Notes under the pieces: generated by a model
What the model was told of the DNA's origin: nothing
Seen by the model: only the letters and a program-made list of their open reading frames with translations
Databases searched by the model: none
Part shown: positions 43,928 to 55,500 of the stretch, in pieces
Layout: each line of letters opens with the position of its first letter
Numbering within the stretch: position 1 is the stretch's first letter
From: Pseudoteredinibacter isoporae
GTDB lineage: Bacteria > Pseudomonadota > Gammaproteobacteria > Pseudomonadales > Cellvibrionaceae
NCBI RefSeq assembly: GCF_011602085.1
Contig: NZ_JAAONY010000004.1
Coordinates: 93,472-157,471 of the forward strand
Direction: 5' to 3'
DNA length: 64,000 nucleotides
Program-made: the position numbers and the translations under genes

Positions 43928-45510
43928 GGTGATGTACTACCTTGGGAGGTTACCAGTGAATAATTCTGTTCTTTCTGAATGGGGACTTTGAGGCTGGCGA
44001 GAGCAAAACATACTCCAAACATTAACATCGCGATATCGAACCCAGCTAATACCCAATCTCCATGAGAGACGGCATTGAATAAGTGATTATCGGAACTCGC
44101 AAAGTTCAGAACCGGAATAAAAATATAGGCCGCACTGGCGATTTTCAACTGCAGTGTCCATGATGCGTTCAGTGATTTGTTTCGGTTTAGGAAGGGTTGC
44201 AACAAGGTGATAAACCATACGATAAACAAGCTGTTAGCCTCCCAGTTGGCACGATCTGAAATGCCGACTGGCAAGAGACGATTACTCCAGAAGTAGGCGG
44301 CTATTGCAATTGGTAAACCGATAATGACGCCAACATTCAAGCGTTCAATAATGGTGAGAACCTTGTCATTTCCGTTGTTTTTCATTGGGTCACTGCGTTC
44401 TTTCCGCGTCCAGAGAAGTGCGCCCGTTGCGACCATGCCAGCACCCATAATACCGCTCAGGAAATAAAGCCATCGTAATAGCGGGCCGGCAAACAAGCCT
44501 TCATGGAGGTGTTCCATGGTATGGTAGAAGCCCTGGGTTGGTGTATGTTGATGCTGTATTTCCGACGCCAAGGGCTTTCCATTGTGGGCGTCGAAAGCTA
44601 CTGGACTGAAGGTGTCCAAACCGCTTTTGGAAGGCGTGCCAAACTCGACAAAGGCATCACGGTCACCTGGGTGATGTATGTTGATAAAACTGATTGGGTC
44701 GTTACCCATTGCTTCCTTTGCGCTGTTGTACATCGTGGACAGCGGAATATTACTGGCTTTAATTCCGGAGGCTTCCCTTAATGGTGGTTCGGAAAAAAAA
44801 CGATCATAAGCTGAGCGCAACTCCGGTCCTGTACCGTACTGAGCGACCGGAATAGCGATCATTGTGCTGAACATTAATAGCATCAGCCCACTGTAGGTAA
44901 TCATCAAATAGAAGGGCAGGGGCAGTACACCGAGAATATTGTGCATATCACGCCAGGCCCTTTTTTCATTACCCCGTCGAAAACTGAAAAAGTCTTTGAA
45001 TATACGGCGGTGAATAACAATGCCACTTATCAAGGCGAGGAACATCAGCATCGCCCCCAGGCTGGTAATCCAATGGCCCAGGCTCTTGGGGATATAATGC
45101 AAGATATAGTGCATTCGATAAAGCAATTCCCCACCACCGGTCTCTCGAAATTCGATGGTCTTGCCGGTATTCGGGTCAAGTAATTCACTGTGCCAGCCAG
45201 GTTTAATTCCTGTGCTAACGTCCTTGGGGTTGTGCCACCACAAAGCAAAAAATGGATATCGAGATAGGGGAAATTCTATGTATATCTGGTCGGCTTCAGT
45301 AGCAACTTTCTGTAGTCGCTCTTCGGCTTTGGGAAGTAAGGAGCGAGTATCAAATGTTCCTTGTTGAACGGGTATCTCAGGTTTCATCCAGCGGTCAATT
45401 TCATGATCAAAATACCCCGCAGACCCTGTTATAAACATAAAATACAATAGCCAGCACAATACCAATCCAGACCATGTGTGCAGCCAATTCATCGATTGAC
45501 GAAACTTCAT
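43924..45510 (-). CDS. PepSY-associated TM-helix protein, FoxB/FpvG-like (second copy)
   Basis: Begins MKFRQSMNWLHTWSGLVLCWLLYF... at ATG 45510, which overlaps the DUF3649 stop (ATGA). Repeated RxxHxxLG motifs. The track ORF extends 69 codons upstream into the DUF3649 gene and is rejected. Confidence 0.8.
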   Translation of the reverse strand: MKFRQSMNWLHTWSGLVLCWLLYFMFITGSAGYFDHEIDRWMKPEIPVQQGTFDTRSLLPKAEERLQKVATEADQIYIEFPLSRYPFFALWWHNPKDVSTGIKPGWHSELLDPNTGKTIEFRETGGGELLYRMHYILHYIPKSLGHWITSLGAMLMFLALISGIVIHRRIFKDFFSFRRGNEKRAWRDMHNILGVLPLPFYLMITYSGLMLLMFSTMIAIPVAQYGTGPELRSAYDRFFSEPPLREASGIKASNIPLSTMYNSAKEAMGNDPISFINIHHPGDRDAFVEFGTPSKSGLDTFSPVAFDAHNGKPLASEIQHQHTPTQGFYHTMEHLHEGLFAGPLLRWLYFLSGIMGAGMVATGALLWTRKERSDPMKNNGNDKVLTIIERLNVGVIIGLPIAIAAYFWSNRLLPVGISDRANWEANSLFIVWFITLLQPFLNRNKSLNASWTLQLKIASAAYIFIPVLNFASSDNHLFNAVSHGDWVLAGFDIAMLMFGVCFALASLKVPIQKEQNYSLVTSQGSTSP

Positions 45511-45791
45511 GCGGCAGACTCCAGAAATTGACTTCCGACGACAATCACAAGTGATATCAACGCTGCGATTAGTAATCCAAGGCTGGCAGATTTCAAAGTG
45601 CTTGTTGAAAATACCCAGATGATAGCCGCCGTATAAAATAAAAAACTGCAAGCCATTGCGAGTGCTACACTTTCGTCCATAGATATGGGAAGGATTTTGC
45701 TCAATGCAATCGCACATAAATTAGCGACCAGATAACCGCCAAGGCAGGCCAGTAAAATGCGGTACTTGATAAATGTTGGTGCGTATTTCAT
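45507..45791 (-). CDS. DUF3649-family small membrane protein (second copy)
   Basis: MKYAPTFIKYRILLACLGGYLVANLCAIAL..., about 94 aa, 3 TM. ATG 45791 has GAGGAAAG upstream. Confidence 0.5.
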   Translation of the reverse strand: MKYAPTFIKYRILLACLGGYLVANLCAIALSKILPISMDESVALAMACSFLFYTAAIIWVFSTSTLKSASLGLLIAALISLVIVVGSQFLESAA

Positions 45792-45906
45792 GACTTTCCT
45801 CGAAAGCACTCAATGAACAGAACTGGAGATTTGAGCGAGCGACAATCTAACGTGAGGAAATATCTAAAGCAAATGTAACAGTTGTAACAACCCTGTGAAG
45901 CGTTTC

Positions 45907-45931
45907 AAAAATGAGGATAATTCTCATTTAT
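45907..45931. promoter_or_regulatory. Fur box in divergent promoter between DUF3649-PepSY-DUF3325 operon and TonB-dependent receptor
   Basis: aaaatgaggataattctcatttatt is a strong match to GATAATGATAATCATTATC (GATAAT...TCATT core). It lies 30 bp upstream of receptor ATG 45961. Confidence 0.6.
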
Positions 45932-45960
45932 TCAAACTGACAGAAACAGGTTCAACTGAC

Positions 45961-48006
45961 ATGAAATCCAACTTTCAGAAAAAATCATTGGCTGTTTTTA
46001 TAGCTGCTGCGAGTGGATCGGTATTCGGCATTGCTGCGCAGGCAGAAGATAAAAAAGCCGATCAGCCGCTTTTGGAAACCATCGTTGTGGTAGGGGAGGC
46101 AACGAATGCTCTGATTACCACTCAGGAGCTGGAAGCGTATCAGGCCAATGATTTGGAAGATGTCTTTAAACTGACCCCGTCGATTTCTGTTGGTGGTGGC
46201 GCGAGCGGCATTACGCAAAAAGTATATGTTCGTGGTCTCGAAGATGCTCTGATTAACGTCACCGTAGATGGCTCTCCTCAAACGTCGACCTTGTTCCATC
46301 ACATTGGACGGGTCACCATCGACCCGGATCTGCTGAAAGAAGTTGAAGTGCAATCCGGTGCGGGTGAAGCAACCAGTGGCGCAGGCGCAATCGGTGGTTC
46401 CATTCGATTCAAAACCAAAGATGCCAACGATCTTCTGGCCGAAGGTGAATCCTTCGGCGGAAAGGTGAAAGCCGGTTATTTCAGTAATGATGGCCACCAA
46501 TATAGTGCCAGCCTGTATGGTCGTTTGACGGATACTTGGGGGGTGTTGGCTTACCACAGCAACACCGACCGTGACAGTGCTGAAGCGGGCGATGGCACTG
46601 TGCTGCCAGGCTCCCAGGCCGAACAAACTCTGAACTTCTTCAAAGTCAGTGGTGAAATCAACGACAATCAACATCTGTCCCTCAGCTATGAAGAGCGAGA
46701 TGAAGAAGGGGCTTTCCCGCGTCAGCCAAACTGGGCACCGGCGCAAACCGCCCCCTTGTATACCGGTAAAGGCGAGCGACAAACATTTGCTGCGAACTAC
46801 ACACTCACCGGTGAGGAACTGTTAAACCTTGAAGTATCGGCTTATCACACCCAATCCTCGTTCCAGCGAGAACTGTTTACCTATAAAACAGAAATCACCA
46901 GTTACGGTTTTGATATCCGTAATACCAGCGAGCTGGGTGCGCATCGTTTCACCTATGGTGTGGATTTGCGCGAAGATGAAGTTGAAAGCGGTTTGATTGC
47001 TGAGCCCGTTTCCGCCAATGAAGAAGGGCGTGTTCTGGGGGCTTATGTCCAGGTGCATTCCCAAGTGACGGATGACTTATTGCTTAGCTATGGTGCACGT
47101 TTCGATGATTATGAATTTGAGCAAAAGCTGCCTAATCGCTTTGGCAATCCATTACAGGACTTTGACAGCTCTGATGTGAGTCTTAACGCCGGCTTTGAAT
47201 ACAAGTTTAACGATGAATGGCAGATCAGTGCTGGATACGCGGAAGCGACTCGCGGCAAGGAAATTGGTGACGGCTTTACCATTGATTCCGCCTTTACCCC
47301 GGCTGATTTGAAGGCAGAAAGCGTTAAAAATATCGAAACAGCCATTGAGTACACAACACCGGACCTCTACGCGAAGGTTGCTGTATTCCGATCTGAAATC
47401 GACGATGTTATTTATGATCAACTGGGTGGTGCCAGAACTCAGCCTATTCTTTTCGAGAATATCGGAACGGTTGAAACCGATGGCTACGAATTGGAGGTGG
47501 CTTATCGTTTCAATGATGATCTTGAGGCGAAGCTTGGATTCTCCAGTGTTGACGCCGTTCTGGATCCTGCCGCAGACCTGTTTTCTATTCCCCGTGGGAA
47601 AATCGATTTGATGGGCTATGAGTATAATGGTTTGGGTAATTCCCGTGGTGATACCTGGAATTTAAACCTGAACTACGCGATCAGCTCGACTGTAAAAATT
47701 GGCTGGAACTATAGTCGCGTAGAAGATCTGAATAATATTGAAGTGCTGCAACGTGCCGTTCAACTTGGTTGGATTGGTTCTGTTCAAACTGTTGATAAAC
47801 CCGGATACGATATTCACGATTTCTATGCAGAATGGACCCCGAGTAAAAACCTCAAGTTGAATCTGGCGATTATTAATGCCTTCGATGAGGATTATCGTGA
47901 CCACTCGAGTGTCGCGGATTATTCTCATATTCCGGGTTGGGGCGTGGTAAATGGCTATAAAGAGCCGGGACAGGATGTCAGAGCCTCGTTGACTTTCTCG
48001 TTCTAA
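45961..48006 (+). CDS. TonB-dependent outer-membrane receptor
   Basis: Signal peptide MKSNFQKKSLAVFIAAASGSVFGIAAQA, a plug, a barrel and C-terminal SLTFSF. The track start (GTG 45895) would span the Fur box and is rejected. Confidence 0.85.
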   Translation: MKSNFQKKSLAVFIAAASGSVFGIAAQAEDKKADQPLLETIVVVGEATNALITTQELEAYQANDLEDVFKLTPSISVGGGASGITQKVYVRGLEDALINVTVDGSPQTSTLFHHIGRVTIDPDLLKEVEVQSGAGEATSGAGAIGGSIRFKTKDANDLLAEGESFGGKVKAGYFSNDGHQYSASLYGRLTDTWGVLAYHSNTDRDSAEAGDGTVLPGSQAEQTLNFFKVSGEINDNQHLSLSYEERDEEGAFPRQPNWAPAQTAPLYTGKGERQTFAANYTLTGEELLNLEVSAYHTQSSFQRELFTYKTEITSYGFDIRNTSELGAHRFTYGVDLREDEVESGLIAEPVSANEEGRVLGAYVQVHSQVTDDLLLSYGARFDDYEFEQKLPNRFGNPLQDFDSSDVSLNAGFEYKFNDEWQISAGYAEATRGKEIGDGFTIDSAFTPADLKAESVKNIETAIEYTTPDLYAKVAVFRSEIDDVIYDQLGGARTQPILFENIGTVETDGYELEVAYRFNDDLEAKLGFSSVDAVLDPAADLFSIPRGKIDLMGYEYNGLGNSRGDTWNLNLNYAISSTVKIGWNYSRVEDLNNIEVLQRAVQLGWIGSVQTVDKPGYDIHDFYAEWTPSKNLKLNLAIINAFDEDYRDHSSVADYSHIPGWGVVNGYKEPGQDVRASLTFSF

Positions 48007-48352
48007 ACCTAAAATAGGCCATTGGCTGATATATTGGCTTTTCGATACTGATGTATCAGTCAGGGCTCTTGTCGCGTTCCTCTGCCGTAGCCCGATGTAT
48101 TCGGCATTGTATCTCATTCCCCTGATTTCAAATCTTGTCGTTCCTCGGTTTATTTGTGCGAGTTGAATTGTAAACTCCCTATTTTGTCAATGGCTGGCTT
48201 TTCTCGAGAATTGCAGCTTTTACCTCGCCTGTGTTACATTGAAACGCTACCAGTAGTCGCGTATTGCAAAGTGTGACCTCTGAAGTTAAAAATAATAATA
48301 GATACCGGCGCGTTTCAATCTCCCCTCAAGCGCCAAGCACTGGGAATCCTGA

Positions 48353-48952
48353 ATGAGTATCGACAAGTTTTTTGAAGATGAAAAATGCCACTTCGATGGG
48401 CTGGCAGAGTATTTGGATAATTTGGAGCAGGCGCAGAGAATCTACGAATCGACTAATTTGAGCGCCAAGCAACAACAGTTACTGTGGGATGCGGCAGAAG
48501 GTTCGGAGCGATTGACCATGGATTATTTCGTACCTGAGTCTGTAGATCCTTTGAAGCCGGTGATTCATTGGGGGAAGAATTCGCTTCCTGCGTTCACTAA
48601 GTTTCAAAAAGTTATGTGTCGGACTTCCACCCCAGGGGAGTTTTCGGGTTACAACGTTTATGCCCTTAAATCACTTATCGGGGATGGGTATTTTGTCGCA
48701 AGGGGCACCTCTTCTGATGAGGCTGATGATCACGGTGTGGTTATCGATTACACCCGAGTGCCAGAGGAAAAGGCAACAGCTTGGCCTGAGATTCATTGTA
48801 ACGAGCGTAGGCTTGGCCGATTTTTCTATTCTGGCAACTACGACTACATGCGTCGGGTCAGTTGCCATGTCTCCATCGGCCGCGCCAAGAAGGCCAAGGC
48901 GGCGCATTCCAAATGGATGCCAAACTGGTTTGTCTTGTGCCGGGAAGATTGA
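48353..48952 (+). CDS. Hypothetical cytoplasmic protein (199 aa, several Cys/His)
   Basis: ATG at 48353. No recognised motifs. Flanked by long AT-rich intergenic regions. Confidence 0.45.
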   Translation: MSIDKFFEDEKCHFDGLAEYLDNLEQAQRIYESTNLSAKQQQLLWDAAEGSERLTMDYFVPESVDPLKPVIHWGKNSLPAFTKFQKVMCRTSTPGEFSGYNVYALKSLIGDGYFVARGTSSDEADDHGVVIDYTRVPEEKATAWPEIHCNERRLGRFFYSGNYDYMRRVSCHVSIGRAKKAKAAHSKWMPNWFVLCRED

Positions 48953-49278
48953 AACTGAAGCCGGAGTCAGCTTAATGTTATCTATATTGTTAAGCAGATC
49001 TTCAAGAGTTTGGCATAGCCTTCAAAATACCTTAAAACCTTTCTATTTGTAGTGTTTCTCAAAAAGATATTTAAATCTGCCAATTTTGCACGGTGTTGTT
49101 TTTGGAAAGACGCTTTCGAAATCTCCCAATTCCTAAATTTGGCAATAAGTACAAATAATGTCGTGGTATCACACATGTTTTGTGCCCTACTGCTAAAGTA
49201 ATAAGTTGTCGGGTCGACAATTTTACTAGTCTTGCCATGTCTAATGGCTTGCCAGTGGAGATATATCGGAGGGAACCA

Positions 49279-49839
49279 ATGATTTTAACGAGGAATGGTG
49301 GTCTCAAAATTCAGCTCAGGAACAGTGAAGTTGAGTTGGCTGAAGATGATCTGATTGTCAGTAAGACCGATGTTACCGGTCGAATTACCTACATCAACCG
49401 CACCTTTATGCGAATTTCCGGCTTTTTGGAAAAAGAGCTTATTGGTGTCCAGCATAATGTCATTCGACATCCGGATATGCCCCGCGGAGTCTTCCGCAAG
49501 ATGTGGGCTGACCTTAAAGAGAACAATGAATTTTTCGGCTATGTGAAAAATCTTTGCCGCGATGGTTCTTACTATTGGGTATTTGCGAACGTTACGCCAG
49601 ACTATGACGAATCCGGCAATCTGCGTGGTTATTACTCGGTACGACGCAAGCCCGGTCGTGAGGCAATTAAACTCGTTGAAGACTTCTACGCAAAAATGCG
49701 TGAGGAAGAAAAAATCGGCGATAAGAAATCGGCACCCGATAGATCCTGGAAAATCATTGATGAGTTTCTGGAAGGCAATAGCACCACATACAATCGCTTT
49801 ATGGTGGAACTGGATGCAGATCGGGGGCAATCGCTATGA
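49279..49839 (+). CDS. PAS-domain protein (Aer-N-terminal-like sensing module), translationally coupled to downstream MCP
   Basis: PAS fold ([70 protein letters not shown]). GGAGGG lies 6 nt before ATG 49279. Its stop overlaps the MCP ATG (ATGA). Confidence 0.7.
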   Translation: MILTRNGGLKIQLRNSEVELAEDDLIVSKTDVTGRITYINRTFMRISGFLEKELIGVQHNVIRHPDMPRGVFRKMWADLKENNEFFGYVKNLCRDGSYYWVFANVTPDYDESGNLRGYYSVRRKPGREAIKLVEDFYAKMREEEKIGDKKSAPDRSWKIIDEFLEGNSTTYNRFMVELDADRGQSL

Positions 49840-51341
49840 GTATCGCGGCAACAACAGGTAAATCCAACAAGAACTCGGTGAGTTCACAGATACCGTTTCT
49901 GCAAACAAAAGCGCAATTTACTCTCTGGGGTGTGGCGCTGGTTATGTTTGCCAACAATGCATTTTTCTTTTTCTTCTACGACCCGGCAATGTGGTTGCTG
50001 ATTGCACCTGTGGCCACTTGTATTCTGGCCATTATCGGACATCGCATTGTCACCCGGGTTTTTACAACCATCGATCAGGTTTTCTGTACGATTCGATCCG
50101 CGAACAAAGGTGGTTTTAACAAGCGTGTTGTGGATACGGTTGGTATGGGTGAGCTGGGCATGGTCGCTTGGGAACTGAATGACTTTCTGGATTATATTGA
50201 ATCTTATTTTAAGGAAGTTAACAGCTGCTTTACCCACGTTGCTCGAGGTTCCTATGAGCGCACTGCTTTGTATCGCGGGCTTCCGGGACAATTGGGTAAA
50301 TCTTTGTGTTCGATTAATGTATCGATTGAACGCATGAAAGATGGCATGGATCTGTTGGCAGCCAATGAATTGCATTCTGAACTGCACAGTTTGAATACCA
50401 CCAATTTGATTAAAAACCTGAAAGTCAGCCAGGTGGATCTGAATCGCATTAACAATGAAGTGAAATCTGTTGAGGAAATCGCCCACCACAATGGCAAGGC
50501 CGCCAAGGACAGTCACGTTGAGGTGAACGCTATGTCGACTCGCCTTGAAGAGATCAACGTGAGTATTCAAGATGTTGCTCGTGTGGTTGCAGAGCTGGGT
50601 CAAGACAGTAAGAACGTATCGGAATCTCTGTCGATTATTGAGGAAATTGCCGATCAAACCAGCTTGCTGGCCTTGAACGCTGCCATTGAAGCTGCTCGTG
50701 CAGGAGAGCAGGGCAGAGGCTTTGCGGTAGTGGCTGAAGAGGTTAAGAGTCTTTCAAATCGTACCAAGGAATCCGCTTCGGGCGTGGCGTCAATTATTGG
50801 TGGTTTCAGTCATCGTGTACAAGAAATGGTCAAGAAGGCTGAAACTTCCAGTTCTGCAGCCGCTGAGATGAATGATCAGGTTGAATCTTTCAAAAAGCGA
50901 TTTGTGGAATTTTCCGAATCGGCTGAAAAAACCAATAACTACGTGCTGAGCGCAAAAGATCTGACCTTCGGTGCCTTGATGAAGATTGATCATGTGATCT
51001 TAAAGCAGAGTGGCTATTTGGCTTTGGGTGATGGAGATAATGACATTCCTGAAGAGCTGACGATTGATCACACCGATTGTGAGATGGGCGGGTGGTACTA
51101 CAAAGGTGAAGGTTCTACTCATTATTCCCATCTGCCTTCCTATAAAGGTCTGGAAGATCCACATCGTCAACTGCACGATTACCTTAAATCAGCCGTGTCT
51201 TACCGAGACAAGAACTGGCGCAATAATAAGGACATTCGTGAGACGATTATTTCTGATATGCGTCGAGCGGAGGACTCCAGTGAACTGTTCCTCAGCAGCA
51301 TCGATCAGTTAATGCAGGAAAAAAACCTGAAGACTGGCTAA
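49836..51341 (+). CDS. Methyl-accepting chemotaxis protein with C-terminal chemoreceptor zinc-binding (CZB) domain
   Basis: Two N-terminal TM, HAMP-like region, the highly conserved signalling motif [35 protein letters not shown], and a C-terminal H-x3-C...H CZB-like motif ([11 protein letters not shown]...HRQLHDY). Confidence 0.85.
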   Translation: MSIAATTGKSNKNSVSSQIPFLQTKAQFTLWGVALVMFANNAFFFFFYDPAMWLLIAPVATCILAIIGHRIVTRVFTTIDQVFCTIRSANKGGFNKRVVDTVGMGELGMVAWELNDFLDYIESYFKEVNSCFTHVARGSYERTALYRGLPGQLGKSLCSINVSIERMKDGMDLLAANELHSELHSLNTTNLIKNLKVSQVDLNRINNEVKSVEEIAHHNGKAAKDSHVEVNAMSTRLEEINVSIQDVARVVAELGQDSKNVSESLSIIEEIADQTSLLALNAAIEAARAGEQGRGFAVVAEEVKSLSNRTKESASGVASIIGGFSHRVQEMVKKAETSSSAAAEMNDQVESFKKRFVEFSESAEKTNNYVLSAKDLTFGALMKIDHVILKQSGYLALGDGDNDIPEELTIDHTDCEMGGWYYKGEGSTHYSHLPSYKGLEDPHRQLHDYLKSAVSYRDKNWRNNKDIRETIISDMRRAEDSSELFLSSIDQLMQEKNLKTG

Positions 51342-51558
51342 GTCGCCCTGTAAGCACTCAACGGTAACAACGGGCCTCACCGCCCGTTTTATTGTGCGCC
51401 CTGGCATCCGGGTTCAGGTTTCTTGTATGCCTGTCCATATCGGGACAGTGTTTTGGCTCTCTGGTATTCTTGAAAAAGTTCGCTAGAATAATCTTTGTGG
51501 CATCTATAATCGCGTGCCTGCTTCGAATCACATTAGCCTTATAAGAAATGTGGATGTT

Positions 51559-52542
51559 ATGAGCGAGTTAAAGCGTTGCTTCCGAAATTACCCTCCTGAA
51601 GCGCTGGATTTAGATCAGTGGCAAACAACGGTAGATCTGATCTCTCGAATCTACGGTACCGCCTGCGGTGCTATTGTTCAGTTTAATGGCGATGAATTTA
51701 CTGCGCTTTCAAGCAGCAGTAACGACGATAACTTTATCGGCCCTGGCGATACCTGGGCTTGGGAAGTAAAAAGTTTCTGTCGCCGGGTGGTTGAAACCCG
51801 CAATCAGCTATATGTGAATAATGCGGTGGGACAGAAAGAATGGTCTGATGCGCCTCCGGTGTGCAGTGGGCCAGTGCGCTCTTATCTGGGCTTCCCCATT
51901 TTCTGGCCTGACGGTGAAATCTTCGGAACCATCTGTTCAATTGACACCAAAGCCACCGAATATGAAGAAAGCTTTGTTGATCTGATGGCTCAACTGAGAG
52001 ATCTGGTCAGTGGTGAGCTTCAGCACCTTTGGGATATTGAAAAGCTGCAACAAGTGGCGATAACCGATTCCCTGACCGGCTTATACAATGTTCGGGGTAT
52101 TAGAAGCCTTGGCCAGCAGCGCATTAATGATCAGCAACGGTTTGGTCTTGAACTGGGCTTGATTTACTTTGATGTCGATAATCTTAAATTGCTCAATGAT
52201 AACTTCGGTCACCACAAAGGTGACGAATGTCTGGTTGCGGTTTCAGACGCGTTGAAAAACAGTTTTCGAAAGACCGATATTATCGCCCGGGTCGGTGGTG
52301 ACGAGTTCGTGGTGATTGCTTTGTGTCAGGCCGGATCAGAATCTGAACTCAGGCAGAGTTGCCACGATGCCTGCGAGGCTTTTCAACGTGAGTTTTCCCA
52401 TCAGTATGTGGGCATCAATCTCGATGTGAGTTTTGGTTTGAAGTGTTTTTCAAAGGTAGATTCTTCAGACTTGGATACCATGATCACTGAGGTTGACAGC
52501 CTGATGTATCAGGAGAAAAAGAACAGAGCCGTGAACGAGTAA
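51559..52542 (+). CDS. GAF-like sensor diguanylate cyclase (GGDEF)
   Basis: RVGGDEFVVIA active site and LTGLYNVRGI. N-terminal GAF-like domain of about 170 aa. ATG at 51559; the track start at 51514 is GTG. Confidence 0.8.
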   Translation: MSELKRCFRNYPPEALDLDQWQTTVDLISRIYGTACGAIVQFNGDEFTALSSSSNDDNFIGPGDTWAWEVKSFCRRVVETRNQLYVNNAVGQKEWSDAPPVCSGPVRSYLGFPIFWPDGEIFGTICSIDTKATEYEESFVDLMAQLRDLVSGELQHLWDIEKLQQVAITDSLTGLYNVRGIRSLGQQRINDQQRFGLELGLIYFDVDNLKLLNDNFGHHKGDECLVAVSDALKNSFRKTDIIARVGGDEFVVIALCQAGSESELRQSCHDACEAFQREFSHQYVGINLDVSFGLKCFSKVDSSDLDTMITEVDSLMYQEKKNRAVNE

Positions 52543-52544
52543 AC

Positions 52545-55500
52545 TCAGCTTTTCGGGTTGAGTCGTTTGGCGCTGATGTAGCTTGAAACTTCGGTGGCGG
52601 GGAGGGGTTTACAATAGTGAAATCCCTGAACATTGTTACAGCCATTTTGCAATAAAAAGCTTTCTTGATTTTCAGTTTCTACGCCTTCAGCAATCACATC
52701 CAGACTGAGCCTTTCTGACATGGCAATAATGGCTTCCGTGATCGCATTGTCATCGCCATTATTCCCGATGTCGTTAATAAATGACTTGTCGATTTTCAGT
52801 TTATGAATAGGTAACTTCTTCAAATAGCTGAGTGACGAATAGCCTGTGCCAAAATCATCGATAGCGATTGTTGCCCCAAGCTTTTTCAGCTGATGGAGTT
52901 GTTGTACGGCGAACTCAGGGTTTTCCAAGAGCATGCTTTCAGTAATCTCAAGCTCCAGATGAGAGGCACCGAGTTCGCTTTCATCCAGAATGGTCTTTAC
53001 CAACTCAGGGAAGTTGCCTTTCTGCAGCTGCCGGTTGGAAACATTGACAGCCAGTGTTTGAATGGTAAGACCGCCTGCTTGCCATCGCTTAAACTGAGCG
53101 CAAGCTTCTCGTAATACCCAGGTCCCAATATCCTCAATAAGACCAATTTCTTCAGCCAGTGGAATAAACTTATCGGGAGAAACCGGGCCAAGTTTTGGGT
53201 GAAACCACCGTAAAAGGGCCTCGACAGCGACAACTCTTCCCTGTTTGATATCGATTTGTGGCTGGTAGTGGATATGCAGTTCATTGTTGCTGATTGCATC
53301 GTGTAAGTCCGCTTCAAGGGACATACGCTCAATGGCATTCTTGGTCAATTCCTCAGTATAAAACTGGAAGTTCATTTTGCCCGAGGATTTGGCTCGATAC
53401 ATGGCCGCATCGGCGTTGCGAATCAACGTGGATTTATCTTCGCCATCGTTGGGGTAAACGGCAACCCCCATGCTGGCGGAAACCCGAACGTTCTGGTCGC
53501 CGATGGTCACCTTTGAGTTGATTTTGTTGAGCAGTTTTTCAGCGACATAGCCAACGTTTTCCGGGTTTTCAATATCACCCAGTACCAGCAGGAATTCGTC
53601 GCCGCCAATGCGTGCAACGGTATCGTCGGCTCGAACCGTTTCACTCAGTATTTCGGCCACCTGTTTCAACAACTTGTCACCCACGGCATGCCCCATGCCA
53701 TCGTTGACGAATTTGAAGTTGTCCAAGTCCACAAAGATTACCGCCACATGTCGATTACGACGGAGCGCGTACCTCATTGCTTGTTCCAATCGTTCGTTGA
53801 GCAAAAGGCGATTGGGCAAGCCTGTCAGAGTATCGTGGTGGGCAAGCTGATAAAGCATCTCCTCAGACTTCTTGATTTGACTGATATCGGTCATCAAGCC
53901 CACGTAGTGGGTCAGCTCGTCACCATCATAAACACAGCTAATGGTTAGCCAGCTGGGGCGTTTGCTTCGATCTTTATGATGATTCCATATCTCGCCCTGC
54001 CACTGTTTGAAGTTCTTCAGGCCGGACCAAACACTGCTATAGCTGGAGCGATGTTTCTTTTCCGATGAGAACATCTCCGGTCGGGACCCGACAACTTCTG
54101 ACTTCTTGAAACCCAGGATTTTTTCAAACGCATTATTGACGTCCATGATGACGCCTTGCTTGTTGAGAATCATCACTCCCTCAGCTGAGTTCTCATAGAC
54201 ACTGGCGACCAGCCTCAGGCGTTCATCCAAAAGGCGGCGTTCGGTTATATCAAACTCCGAGCCCGCCATGCGAAGCACATTACCTTCGGAATCAAATTCG
54301 GCAACGCCGCGATCAGCCACCCATTTCACATCACCGTTTTTACAAATGATGCGATAATCTTCCTGGAACACCTCCGTTTTACCTTCGAAGTGGTCTTGTA
54401 CAGCTTGCAGGATTCTGGGAGCGTCGTCGGGATGGATGCCTTTGATCCACTCTTCTTGGGAGTCCGATATTTCATCCTGCCGGTATCCCCTTAGCTCGCA
54501 CCAGTTTTTGGAAAAGTAGACATTTTTCTCTACGACATTCCAATCCCATATGGCTCCGTAGGAACCTTGCACCACCAATTCGTAACGCAAAAGGGTTTCT
54601 TTCAGCTTTTTGTCAATTCGCCGTTGTTCAGTCATATCTGTCAAACTGACGGGGACAAGGTAGAATTCACGATCACCTTTGGGTATTTGAATTTTTAGCT
54701 CAACAATAATAATTTCGCCTTCGGCATTCACAAAATTGAATTCTGATTTGAAAGAATCATCGGAATTCCAGAAGGCGGCAATCTCCTTTTTGAAAACGGC
54801 AATGGCACCCGGACCTAGGAGGTTTTTGGATATACCATCGAATGCCTCTTCACTGTCAACTTTGAACAATTTCAAGCAAGCTCGATTGATTTTGACGATG
54901 GGCATTCTTACCAGCAGCTCATAGATTTCCCGGCTATTGTTCGCCAGGTACTCCTCAATATCCTGAACACCCTGCTTTCTCAGGTCCTTTAAATAATCGT
55001 TCAACTCACTGAGATCTTCACACCACATTGGGGTTTCAGAGTTTTCAAACAATAAGCTTTTGTTCTTCAGGCGTTGCAGAGTGCAGGCATTTTTCTCAAA
55101 CTCATTGGCCAGCAGCGAGAAATAGAAAACGTCGGTTTCATCGAATGTTGATTCGGGGTCGGCATAATTGATCCCCAGCAACATGGGCTCACCCGTTTTG
55201 ATCTCGATCTTGGTCATGATCTGTTGGGAGGGGCCGGAAAAATCTTGACTTGGAATGCCAATGGCAGAAGGGGTGATGTACTGGGAGGAAAAGCAAGCCC
55301 CAACATACTTGGATAAGCGCTCAGAATTCGGGATAACTTCAGCGAGCGGCACATCTCGTATATTGATGTCGGCCCCGGGGTGGGGAGATACGAGGTAAGA
55401 GCGTACCAGTCTCACGTCATCACAAAAAGGCGTAATGAGCCAAGCGTAATCAACGTCTGAGTATGAGCCAATGATTTCCAAGGCCTGCTTGAAATACTCA

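Noticed and set aside
45895-45960. GTG-initiated 22-codon extension of TonB receptor 45961-48006
   Set aside because: It would translate through the Fur box. The ATG at 45961 gives a proper signal peptide.
45985-46782. 265-aa minus ORF and other long antisense ORFs (49285-49830, 49884-50657, 58346-58978, 60197-61003)
   Set aside because: They lie inside well-supported genes on the opposite strand (TonB receptor, PAS/MCP, gcvP). No independent support.
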